64,000 nt of DNA, taken from NCBI RefSeq assembly GCF_009914755.1, contig NC_060938.1, one strand, 5' to 3'. The DNA is from the human T2T-CHM13v2.0 reference genome, Homo sapiens. Positions 15,247 through 27,642 of this stretch are shown here, in pieces. The translations under genes and the position numbers were made by a program. Numbering within the stretch: the stretch's first letter is position 1; each line of letters begins with the position of its first letter. The notes under the pieces are model-generated. The model searched no databases, was not told the DNA's origin, and worked only from the letters and a program-made list of their open reading frames with translations.

Positions 15247-16051
15247 GCTTTATTTCATCTCTTCTCCTTCTTAAATTCCCATAATGTTAAAATATATTCA
15301 CTTAATGACATTCCGTAAGTCCTATAAGTTTTCTTCATTCTTAAAAATCTTACAACTTTTTTTGGGGGGAGTGCGGGTTGGATTACTTTAAAAGTCCGGT
15401 CTTCAAATTCAGAGATTATTTCTTCTGTTATATCTAATCTATTGTTTATACTCTTGATTGTCTTTTACATTTCATTCATTGAATTATTTAGCACCAAGAT
15501 TTCTGTTTGGTATTTTATATGATATCTATCTGTTTGTTGAATTTCTCATTAAGATCATGAATTAATTTTCTGATTTTGTTGAATTGCCTATCTGTATTTT
15601 TTTTATTTTACCGAATTTCCTTAAGATTATTATTTTGAGTTTCTTTTTAGGCAATTACAAAATTTTTATTTCTTTGGGATCAGTTACCATAGAAGTATCA
15701 TTCATTTGGTGGTGGTATCTTATCTTGCTTCTTTATGTTTCCTGTATCCCTATTCATCTGGTGAACCTGTTCATCCTGTTCACCTATTCATCTGGTGAAC
15801 CATTCACCTCTTCCAATTTTGTAGAGTGGTTTTCATAGGGAAAGGTTTTCGCCTGCAGACGTGTCTTATGATGTCAGCTGGTTTGTGTGTGTTGGTTTTG
15901 TTCTGGGTGTGTGCAATGGTGTAGTCTCTGCAGTTTCTTCAGTTATTACCAAGCCAGCAATTCCTGCAAGTGCCTCAGTGGCTTATACTGCAGAGATTTG
16001 TGTCACTGGTCCACCTACTTGAGCTCTGCTCCCCTTGGGAGCAAGACACCA

Positions 16052-16600
16052 GGCTGAACCCTGCTCCAGGGAAGCACAGAGCTGATTGGCTAGCAAACTT
16101 GCTCTGGCTGTGTTCTATGGTTATGGAGTGCATGGCTAGATTGCTCTCTGGGGAAGAAGCCTAGAGATGGTTGGCCTGAGGCTCGGCTCAGACACTGGTT
16201 CAGAGGCTGGTTCACACTCTGGGGAAGTGAGGGTCTGGTGAGCTGGTGCCTCAGCTTGGTTGGTGCTCCCATAGGAGCAAGGCCCTGGCTGGTCTGCACT
16301 CAGAAGCATTATGGGACTTACTGGCCACTAGCACTGCTACTGTGAAGGTGGTGTGCTGGGCTAGTTTGCACTCCAGGGAAGCACGGGGCTCATCAATCTT
16401 CAGCTCAACTTGGGGACTGCTACTCTGTGAGCAAAGTGCCAGGCTAGTCTTCATCCAGGGAGGCTGGGGTTGTCTGTCTTGTGTCTCTGCTCAGACATTA
16501 CTCTCAGGGGTTGGGCTAGTCTGCACTCAGGAGAAGAATGGGGCAGGTCAGATAGTGGCTTGGCTCACGTGTTGCTCCCCTGGGGGTAGAGCTCTGAGGC
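16052..16600. repeat. Degenerate tandem repeat in the L1 5' region; seven copies of a ~25-bp core with alternating ~82/72-bp spacing
   Basis: Core resembling ggctagtctgcactccagggaagca starts at 16052, 16134, 16205, 16287, 16359, 16442 and 16514. Confidence 0.75.
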
Positions 16601-17114
16601 CATAGCTGTTCTGCTGGACCTACATTTCAGGTATCCAGCATTGAGGTTCTACAACACCTGGATAGAGAAGACAGAGGTGGCGCCTTATAGCATCAGTTTG
16701 GCTCATTGGGGGCACAATAAGAGCTCCTCCTCTGGAGCAGGGCAGCTATGTAAACTCCCTAACATCTCCCCAGACTGTGCTCGTGCCGGTGAGAATCGCA
16801 GATTCCTCAAGAGCAAAAACTGTAGGCGTCATGGCATTAATTGGGGCTGCTGGGGGCCTCCTGCTACTTTCTCCTTGCACAGGAAGGTCCCTTCAGGTTC
16901 TAAGCTGATCTTGACTAGGGAGATCGGGTGGCATCTTCAGGGTGCCTCTCTCCATTGTCTATGTTGTCATCCTGTGTCTTCATGTTACACAGTGTCTCAA
17001 CTAGCCCTCTGCTGCCCCCCACCTCAGACACTGTGTTCAAAATAGAGTTGTTTATTCATTGTTTTGGTTCTTTTTAGCAATAATGGGGGGACAAGCACCA
17101 GACATCATTAGTCA

Positions 17115-17123
17115 GCCATTTTG
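17115..17123 (-). promoter_or_regulatory. YY1-type motif at the L1 5' terminus
   Basis: GCCATTTTG (CAAAATGGC on the L1 sense strand) about 12-20 bp inside the L1 5' end, the usual position of the L1 YY1 site; function untested. Confidence 0.5.
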
Positions 17124-18714
17124 CTGATGTCACCCTAGTTCACACTTGTGTGACAAAAATTTACAATCTTCTCTTAAATCTTTCACCTAAACACAAATTA
17201 TATGTGTAGCCATGCATTTTCTTTGTTACTGTTTTGTCTTGAATCTATATTCATCTTTAACAACATTATTTTTAACATCATCTGAATTCCTTTGTTTTGG
17301 TAATTTTGATACATGAATAACTTGTATGTGATTCTATACAGTCATATAAACAAAATGTCTTAAATATATTTGTGATTTCATTATTTTTCTCATGCTCCTT
17401 ACTAAATAAAGTATAGCATGGCATTTATTTTTAAATGAATGTTGCCTTACTACTTCACTCAATATCTTACTCGGTGCATCTAGTCCTCCACTGAATGTTT
17501 GGATTATTCTTATTAAAAATAACAGCTGCTTATATAAATGTACTTGCTTCCTTGAAATGTAATGCATATTTAGTGGCAAATGTCCATTTTAGATATGATT
17601 ATGAACTTTTTAATTTTTACCAAAAAATTTCATTAAGTTTAGAGGAAACTCAGATAACCCCTTTGAATGATTACTTTTCATTTGTGTGTGTGTATATGTT
17701 TCTCATCATAAGTTTATTTTGGAATAAGAAGTGGAAAACTGAATGGAAGAATTCACTGTGGAATGTTTTCTCCAACAGTAAATGCTAGAATCTATATGAT
17801 AAAATCCATCCTTGAAAACTTTCTTACCGCTTTCAACTGACCCTAGAGGGTTTCTTCTGTGATAAATGTGGGAACATTTTTATAGGCTGATTTCTAATAA
17901 CAGAAGAATGTGTCTTACTGTCTGTACTAACACAAGTACTTGGCATAACCCTATGAACTTCTAAGTACCTTTTTGTTGACCGACAAAGGCATTTCAGTTC
18001 CTTGGACAAGTGAATTCTGATACTTTTAATCCAGATTCCTAATCTAAATTATGATGGAAATGGTTATGGTGTTCAGGAACCATAATTATCCTGTTAAAAA
18101 AGTTAAAATTAACAACAAATGATAAACAGCTAAAAATTGAAAATGTAAAAGTTACTGCAAAAAAAGAGAAATATAAATAAAGACCTTCAGATATCATATA
18201 GGCAGCAACAGAGGCAGCATTTGGTAACACGGTATTGTTTTTCTTAGTGTCAGTGTCTTCAGTAAACATTGCCAAATTTCCATTATAGATCAAAGAAAGA
18301 ACAGAAAGCCACAAGATAGTGACAAGAAGAGTTGGAGGGTTTCCATGATTTTTCTCATGTAAATTAAAATTATTTAATAGAAAATATGCTGAAGTAGACT
18401 TGTCCTTTTTGACCATAAAAATTATTCTGTTTTAATTTGAAAACTGATATTTTTATGAAGCATTATTAGATTTGGGGTGTATATATGAGGTGGGGGGAGA
18501 TGTTCCCATCTGACTACAGATCACATCTTTTTCTTTTTCCTTCTGATTCTTGAGGTTATGAGGGGTCCAAATACAGACACGCAAAGAAAAAATTATAATA
18601 ATAAAATATGTAATAGAAACCAGGAACTTGGAATTCTCTAAGAGCTTGAACTTTTTACCCTTCTAACACCATTTTTTCCCCATTTCTTTTTCAAGATGTT
18701 GATCTATCTACTTC

Positions 18715-19052
18715 TTTTTTTTCACCTAAGTCTTTATTTGGCTCTAGAAAGAATTTGCATGAAAATGAGCCTGTATGGCAGGTACAGAATGTACTTGGAG
18801 ACTTGAACTTGTATGGATGAATTTATTACATTCAACATATTTAATTTTATGCCTTCTAATTCTAAGATGCAGAAAAAAAATGAACATGATTTTATTCTCT
18901 GCCAACATTTTGGCCTCTGAATGTATTTGTTATTTGAATTTATGTACATGGCAAAGGAATGGTCAATTTGAAAGTCATTCTAAACTGATTTTTTTTTTCT
19001 AAAGGGCTCCTTTTTTTCCTGGACTATGTGGTTATATGACTAAAGTCACATG
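18715..19052 (-). pseudogene. Probable processed retrocopy of an mRNA 3' end (UTR only), apparently 5'-inverted
   Basis: Minus strand: AATAAA (18733-18738) 10 nt before an A8 run (18715-18722). From memory both halves resemble one mRNA 3'UTR in opposite orientations (tentatively SRSF10, unverified). Weak TSD tgatctatc / tgacctgtc. Confidence 0.55.
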
Positions 19053-21239
19053 ACCTGTCAATCACCACTAAATCCTATGAGGATTTTTAAAACTGTGTAT
19101 ATGTGTGTTTACATCCTACTGAATAAATTAGAGAGTCTGTGCAAATTAAAACAGAAATGTATACCACTAAAATTTAAAGTTGAGACATTTGTCCTTCTTT
19201 TACTTATTTTTTTCAGTCTCATTCTGTACTCTCCTCATTTACCCAATAGTTGCCTAATACTTTAATCTGTCTCTCTTACTCAAGATGCCATTCTGCATAA
19301 TCACTACTGATATAATCACTACCTTTTGTTGCTATGCTTGGCACATTGAACTTTAACCTTTTCATTATTAGACAAAAGGGCAAATGATATCCCTATGTAA
19401 ACACTGAAATGTTTGTATGCATTTCTAGCACTCTAAATAACTAGTTCCCTGGAACACTTGACAAAGGTCTACATATTATTTTTTTCTGTCTCAATTTCTG
19501 TATTGGACTATTGCTTGATTAAATTGTAAATCTGATAAGACCTAGTTCTTATATCTCCCCCTTTAATGATAATATCTCCATACTTTATATGCAAGTTGCA
19601 TTGTAGGAACTCCACAAGATTGATTCTTCTCCCTCAAATTTTATATTTTGTCCTTGTCTTTCCTCATGAGACTAACACAAATAGAATGAATTCTGAGAAA
19701 TAAATAGACCAAAGTTTAGATGTTTGTGGATTTAAGTTTCTATGTTTGGAAATTGAAGTTTCTAGACATTTCTTCTTTTATGCAATCTTTATTTCTTATG
19801 GTCATCTGAGCCTTCAAATACTAATTAATTCATGTGACTTTTCATTACTTTTAAGTTACTTTAAATTCACAACTTTCTTCACTATGTTTAAATATTATTA
19901 CTTTGGCTTTGTTTATAACTGTATTATTCATAATTATTTCTTTGTTTCATTAATTTACTTATTAGTAATGATAAGTTAGGGTTTCAGCATACAGACAAAA
20001 TTTTCAAGTGCAAGAAGTGTCTTAAAAATGTTGTTTTTTATTAAGTTTTCAATAACTTTAGTAGTGAACACTTCCATGCTTCTTTTCTGCATATTTGCCT
20101 GATGGCACTCTCAAATTAACACTGGAAATAAAACATAATTAAATATTTACAATGAAGAAGACATTTTTAAGAAAATAACATGTGTTCTCAGAAATGTGGG
20201 ATAATCTCAAGCGTGAGTTACAATGAATCAGTAGCAGTACACCTTTCACACTGAATAACATTGCTTTTTTTTAGCATTTTGTTAGTATTAAATAATTAAC
20301 CTTTAAATGGCTGTGTCTCAATTATGGTTTATATTACAATCAAAAAGTGTATTTTTAAAGGTATGAAACACTTACCTGTATCTTTACATAATCATAAAAG
20401 TAGCATATTCAGTAAGTATATTTTAAGTAAATCAAACCACAATCATGAATTGAAATAATATGAAAGTAAAGATCTGAAAATTATCAAAGCTATGATACAC
20501 AAAGACTGTTTCCTAAATTTTGCAAAATTTAAAGCATCAGGAAAAAGATGGTCATGTTGTTATTGTGTTTTTGTAAACTGTAGTTGGTATTTACTTTACT
20601 AATATCTAGCTAATTACTTCAAATATGTAATTGTATCAAATTTTTTAGAAATCTTCAGATGCCAGTTATACCTCTGTATCAAATCATCAATATGAACTCC
20701 AATTGAGATATTGCTGCCAGCTACTTTAAATAGGTTTATATTATTTGGATGATTAGAAAGATAATTAAGTTTATCCGATTTCCAGGGAAGTAATTTAAGT
20801 AGAGAGAGAATTAATGAATGTTAAACCTTCAAATCAGGAGTGTTGAAATGTTGAAATCATAAAGCGACAATTAATTTGAGGTTAAATATGATAATAAACG
20901 GAGAAAGAATCCATAGTAAGTAAAAAGTAGGTTGAAGTTAAATCATTGAGAACATCGAATTCTAAGGTAAATATTGGAAACTTTAATTTGCTGGTAAAGG
21001 AATCTATTACATCTTTATACCATTTTTCTTCTGCTACATACAAAGTGTTTTTCTATATGCATTGATAATCTGATATAAAAATAATTGAAGATATGATATG
21101 TGTTTCCAATGAACTTACTATCCTTCTTAGAAGATAAGAAAAATACTTAAAATACTTAATGCTTAAAAGCAGATGAATAATTGTATACACCCTTTATGCA
21201 ATGAGAAAATAGGATAGTGTTCTGTCCAAAAATACATAG

Positions 21240-22990
21240 TATTTGCAAATTATATTATTTTTCTTCATAGAAAAGTACCAAAAGTCTATAAACAAATTTC
21301 TAGAAGTAATAATAGAATTTAGCAAGATAGACAAAAATCACAATCCAGAAGCAATAAAATCCAATGGCATTTCTACATTTGAACAAAAAATAGATTTAAT
21401 TAAAATTACATCTTGTAATTTTAAAAAGATGTAATTAAAAACATTTGGATCATTTACCAAAGCACCACAAAATATTAGAAATAAATGTAATATAATAACT
21501 AAATATTGTATAAAAATTATAAAACTTTACTTAAATGTATTAAAGAATGCCTGAATTAATAGAGTCATATCTATACCATTTTCATGAATACAAAATTCAA
21601 CATGATAAAGATTCTAATGCTTGCCTATTGGTCTATGGAGTCAGTGTAATTCCAATAAGAAACCAACAAGATTAGTTAGCCAATGCTCAATTTTATATGG
21701 AAGAGTAAAGGACTAAGAATAGCAAAGACTTGTTAGTGAACCTTATAATTAAGGATTAGTTAATAAGGATTAACTATTAAGAGACTTTGACTTATTATAT
21801 TTCATATTACAAACGTTTTTTAAAAATTTAAATTTTAAAAGGCATGTTATTGGCTCAGGGATAAATAAGTTGTTCAATACATAGAGTAGGGAGTCTGGAA
21901 GTAGAACCAAACACAATATCAAAACTTGAGACATGAAAGGAGTGGCACTGTAGATCACTGAAAAGAAATACATTATTTAATATAAATTTATGGGCAAATT
22001 AAATCAGTATATTAAAATATGTAACCAGAATAATAATTCATATCATACACAAAATTTTTAGGCATAGGTATAAAAAGCCAAGTTTAGAATTCTAGAAGAA
22101 AACATAAGAAAATATATGAATTAAAGCTAAGGGATGAACTGAACTTAGACAAAATATTGATTAGTTTCACTAAGTTTGAATTTATCATCAAAGACTAGTA
22201 TTCAGAATAAATGTCTTAAACATAGCAATAATAAAAATGACAATTCTATAGAAAAGTGAGCCAATATAAGAACAGATATTTTGCAGAAAAATACTAAATA
22301 TTATCACATAAAAAGCTTGTCAATTTTTTAGATATAATCAATTAATAAGATCCCATTTTCAACCATCCAGGTTAGCAAAAATTAAAGTCCGACAATACTA
22401 AATGTTTTAGCAATAGAGTGCAATACAAACTCATAAACTACTGATGGTATTAGTAAAAAATGAAATTTAGCAAGAAAACTTGAACGTGTATATATACAGG
22501 AATTATGCTTTCCAATAGAGAAAAATCACCCAAAAATATCAGGACACATGGTATTTTTAACAGCATTATTTTAGTTAGGGGAAAAAATAAAACTGTAGAG
22601 AAACAACTAGCCATCAAAATAATGTTGATCAATAAATTATAGCATATTCATTAAATTGACTATTTCAAAGTGATGTAAATAAATTAGTCTATAGATAAAA
22701 ACATGTATAGCATTTTTTGAAATAGGGTTGAATAGAAAAAAGTTATAAAAGATTAACTACAATTTGATTCAATTTTTATAAAGCTCAATGCAGAATTAAA
22801 TAATATGGTGGACTTAGTGTCCGATAGAGGAAGTGAGGAGGAATGCAAACAGATAGTATAGAATTCGAATTTTTGTTTTAAAAAATCTTCTTTTCAATGT
22901 GGCATTGATTTCACAAATTTGTATTCTTAATTTTGGGCATCAAATTCACATATAGATAACATATAATGTTTTCTATGTACCAAATTATAC
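21240..22990 (+). mobile_element. Ancient L1 (L1ME/L1MC-type) ORF2-3' remnant
   Basis: A-rich strand; ORF 21243-21434 IEKYQKSINKFLEVIIEFSK resembles L1 ORF2 IENPKES.KKLLELI.EFSK; 'aaaattaaagtccgacaatactaaatgtt'. Confidence 0.7.
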
Positions 22991-23054
22991 TAATATAAAC
23001 TTCAGACTTAGCATTGACCATGTACCCACCCCCATAGAAATATAAGTATGGATG

Positions 23055-23270
23055 AGTATTAGTGTTAGGGAAACTGGATGCAAATGCTAGTCTGCCACTT
23101 TCTAGCTGTGTGGACTAGAAGAGCATACATAACATTCTGAAATAGCAAAGTAATATTACCTCTCTCTAGTATTTTCAAAGGAACAATTACATAATGTCTA
23201 TATAATGCAATTAGCACAAAAGTTGGAATATGGTAACCACTTAATTTCATGTATCTATTATAATTACTGT
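23055..23270 (+). mobile_element. MIR SINE fragment
   Basis: 'ctgccactttctagctgtgtg' and 'taatgcaattagcacaaaagttgg'. Confidence 0.6.
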
Positions 23271-23721
23271 TTACCATGATTAATACATAATACGAAACAG
23301 TTTCAAATTAGTTTACAACTTTGGTGTGTGAAGGTGTTTTGAAGATCATTTTTAAATTTGAGTTTGAAATGCATAGTAGGTTTGAATTGGCAAGAGGAAA
23401 ATTTTATCATGAAAAGGTAAATATATTAAAAGATGAAAAACAAGAAAGAAGAAAGGAGAGAAGGAAGAGAGAAGAATAATGCATAGACAAATAGATATAA
23501 AATTTTAATTTGAGAAGGAAGTTCTAATACATAAAATAATGTGAAAAGATATTTGAGACAAGGTTGGGAAACTGAGTATATTCATTGGAGTAGACAAAGA
23601 TAGTGGAGATTGGGGCATGGTTCTTATTTTTAACTAAAACATCTCAAATTACATCACAGCTCTCATCTGTGAGTGCATTGCACATGTGCTATAAGATAGT
23701 AATTATCTTCCGAATGGTCCT

Positions 23722-23880
23722 CTATCCCTCCCTCCCTCCCTCCCTTCCTTCCTTCCTTCCCTCCCTCCCTCTCTCCCTCTTTCCCTCCTTCCTTCCTCCG
23801 TCTCTCTCTCTGTCCTTCCCTTACCTTCTTTCCTTTATTCTTTCCTACCTCTTTCTTCCTCTAGCCTTCTCTTTCTTACA
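23722..23880. repeat. CT-rich low-complexity tract ((TCCC)n/(TTCC)n)
   Basis: Nearly pure pyrimidine run 'ccctccctccctccctcccttccttccttcc...'. Confidence 0.95.
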
Positions 23881-24199
23881 TCTGTCTTTATCAATTGTTT
23901 TGCAAGTGTTGTTAAAAACTAACCAAATGCTAATTCAGAAATAATGATTGGAAGATAGAATCAAATATTTCAATGAAGAGAACTTGGATATTTCAGAATT
24001 TAGACATTTATTATTAAAAGATCTTTGTCATATGTACATATAAATCATATTTTTATTTTGTACAATTTCAAGAAATTTAATTGGAGAATAGTATTTCAGT
24101 TTTATATTTTGTTTACCCAATGCTTAATGCTTTAAAATTGTCGGTGCAAATTAATTTAAAATATTCTTAAAATTATCTATATATTGCTTTCCTTTGATA

Positions 24200-24717
24200 C
24201 TCTTAAAAAAACAGTAAAGAAACAAGAACTTGAGATCATGTAGTTTACAGAGGAGGTGATTTCAGGAGGTAAGTATGAGGGAGTGTAGAGAGTAAGACAG
24301 GGAAAGAGACAAGCCTGTACAAAATGGTGGAGTTCAATTGTCCCTATGGACTGTTTCTTTCAGGGTCTCCCGAGCATTTCACCAGAGTCCTTTTAGCTTG
24401 CCTATCCAAAGGAGGGAGACTAGGCATCACCTTCTGCTCCCCAATCCCCACTGGTTGCAGGTGGCCCCTGGAATATGTCAATGGTACTTTCCTGTGCTTT
24501 CCCAGTTTACGTGGTCTTGAATCTAAACGGTTTTCCTTGTTTTGAAAAAGATCCTGAGGCAGAAAGCCCTAAGGCGGTATGTTTGAGGTGTCGCCTTGCC
24601 TGAGTGAGGTATGCTTGAGCTCCAAGTGGAATCTCTCCTGCACCCCTGCAGCTGTGGCTAAAATCAAAATTGTGCCCTAGGAATGTAATGTGAGGCACGA
24701 AAGACATCTGCCAAACA
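24200..24717 (-). mobile_element. ERVL-class solo LTR (LTR33-like)
   Basis: 'gtagtttacagaggaggtgatttcaggagg...gagggagtg...agacagggaaag' and terminus 'gacatctgccaaaca' resemble LTR33. Confidence 0.65.
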
Positions 24718-26763
24718 CTTGAATTGAAAAATCAATCTTTTGAAACCATAAAAGTCAATAATTGCCTTTATCATGTAATAGATACTTTAAATATTATTAA
24801 AAATCTGTATTTTAGCTCCAAAGTGGGCAATAATTTGATTGAAGCTATAAAGTCATCTAGTGTATAGAATAGTCTCAAAAAGTTTATTATGAATTAGAGA
24901 GTATAATGAAGATTATACTATCAATATACTATATTATATATTATTCATGTTTACTATCATTCTCTATCTCAGCCTAAACCTTTTACTCTTTTTGGAAATA
25001 TTTTTGAAATGAACAATATTGCTAAGTTAACTACCCTAACACCTTGCTAAACAAAATATTTATATGGGACAAAAAAGAAGTTTTCACCCTTTTAAGTGTC
25101 TGCAAGTATAAAATAAGAAATAACTCTCATGAGATTAGTTCCAGCAGTATGAGATCATACTAAAGTAGCTAGTCACAAGCTCACATAAGTAATTACAAAA
25201 TCCAAAATGCTCACTTGCTACAGAGTGGCTATTCTACTATCTTGCATAAACTAATACCCAGGCTGGTGTTGCAGACCAATGAAGCAAAGGAATAGAAAAG
25301 ATACTATTTTGAATAATGCATTGCAGATATGTTCAATGACATATGGCAATATTGATTCAAAAAATGAAGTAAAAGATTACACTAGTTAGAATCCATGAAG
25401 ATAAATATTTTAGAAGAAGATTCTATTTTATCTTCATAGAAATATCATACTATATAGGACAAATATCCAAGTGGAAATACACATTTTTTAGACGATAGGA
25501 CTGTAAAAAAATGATCATATAACCACACATGTTACATGCATATATGTATGGATATGCAAAGTCCAGTTACCAAGACCCCTATTAATGTACATGCATCTCA
25601 AGATTGCCAAGAGAAGAACTCGCTCCTATCATTAATTTGTTGTGTGATCTACCTTCTTTGTCTTAGCCCCTAATTTTTTACATGGAGAAAGCAATACATC
25701 TCACATCACAGATTACTATGAGGATTATGTAAATTAACATTAGTAATATTAGCAAGTGTTACTTATATTAGTAAATTAGTATTAAGTTGACCCAAGGCAC
25801 TTCTTGTTTATAACTCTTGCAATACCTTAATTGTTAATAATACCCATTTACTCACAAAAGTGTCTTGACTGGGAAAATTACTTATATGGGTTGTACTAAT
25901 ATTTATTCTGAAAAGTCTAAGGTAAAAATAATTTGTTATTTAATTCACTGAGAAAACCTTTTGCATCATAGTCTTGCTCATAAATTTCATTCTATATTAA
26001 ATGAAATTAAAGAATGGTGATTCTAAACAACTTAAGATACTTTTTCAGCTCTATGCTAACTAGTATGAGATTACTTTCTTTTATACAAAGAGCTTTTGCT
26101 GCACACAAAAAAAATGTTAAAAGTTTATGAGCTAAAACAAAAAATAGAAAAAAGTGAGAAATTATTATTGTGGATAATTATTATTTTGCAGACTGTTGAA
26201 GAATAATTATTGGTTTCCAAAACAGCTAACTTTGGTGAAATTTAGGAACACCTTGAATAAACATATTTTAATGCAAAAACTTCATAAATTATATAATTAT
26301 GTGTTATATCAAAAATTTAATTATGGAAATGTATGATTTAAAATGTTCACAGATATTGTTAACCTTTTAATTTGAATCATACAGAATAATTGAATAATTG
26401 TTCTTGAAACTAAAAGATTTTATCAATATTATGAAGCACAAAATATAAAAATGTTTAAATTCAAAATCCATCTGCATTACTATAACAAACTGACATTTTA
26501 TTTGTCAGCAGTGTAAAAGAAAGAGCTGATAGATTTAAACAGTGATTTCACATTTGGAATCCAATTTAGAGCTTGACTACTCTGAAATCTTGTTAATACT
26601 TACAGATATTTATTTCAATTGGCACAAAAGGTAGTAAGTTATCTTTTGCCATTTGCTACTACCTATACATGTGAATAAAATTTCCTATTAAGACATTCAA
26701 ACAACTAGAGAAACCAATTTTTGAAAATTTTGATTACATTTTCAGGTTAAAGTCTAAAAATAA

Positions 26764-27081
<318 letters not shown>

Positions 27082-27642
27082 ATTTTTTTAAGTTTTTTTT
27101 TTTTAACTTCTATAAATTTATAGGGCACAGGTGCAACTTTCTTACATGCATAGATTGCATAGTGGTCTAGTAAGGGCTTTTAGGGTATCTATCACCTAAA
27201 TAACGTACATGGTACCCATTAAGTAATTTCTCATTATCTATCCCCCTCCCACTCCTCTCCCTCTTGAGTCTCCGTTGTCTATTATTTCTCTTTCTATGTC
27301 CATATGTACATATTTGTTAGTTCCTACTTATGAATAAGAATCTGCAATATTTGTCTTTGTCTGACCTGTTTCAGTGAAGATAATGACCTCCAATTCCATT
27401 GAAGTTTTCAGAAAATACATTATTTCATTTCTTTTTATGGCTGAATAGTATTTCTTTGTGTGTGTGTGTTTGTGTGTGTGGGTGTGAATCACATTTTCTT
27501 AATCCAATCAACCAATGTTGGACACTTAGGTTGATTCTGTATCTTTGCTATTGTGAATAGTGCTGTGAGAAGCATCCAAGTGCAGGTATCTTTTTGGTAT
27601 ATTGATTTCTTTTACCTTGGGTAACTACCTAGCAGTGGGACT
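27082..27642 (-). mobile_element. 5'-truncated L1 3' end (L1MA1-3/L1PB-like)
   Basis: 'catgcatagattgcatagtgg...gtacccattaagtaatttctc'; TSD-like gccagattaagtttc (26776-26790) / gccaactcaagtttc (27643-27657) encloses Alu+L1. Confidence 0.88.

Noticed and set aside
16052-16540. CRISPR-like look (about 25-bp repeats with 46-58-bp gaps)
   Set aside because: The repeats are degenerate, the gaps resemble each other, the array sits in an L1 5' region of a primate genome, and there are no cas genes.
16246-17045. 119-aa and 134-aa + strand ORFs antisense to the L1 5' region (ORF0-like?)
   Set aside because: They have non-ATG starts, lie in GC-richer sequence where stops are rarer, and show no resemblance to L1PA ORF0; this L1 has a different, older 5' end.
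23603-23944. 113-aa Pro/Ser/Leu-rich ORF
   Set aside because: Open only because the CT-rich tract lacks stop codons.
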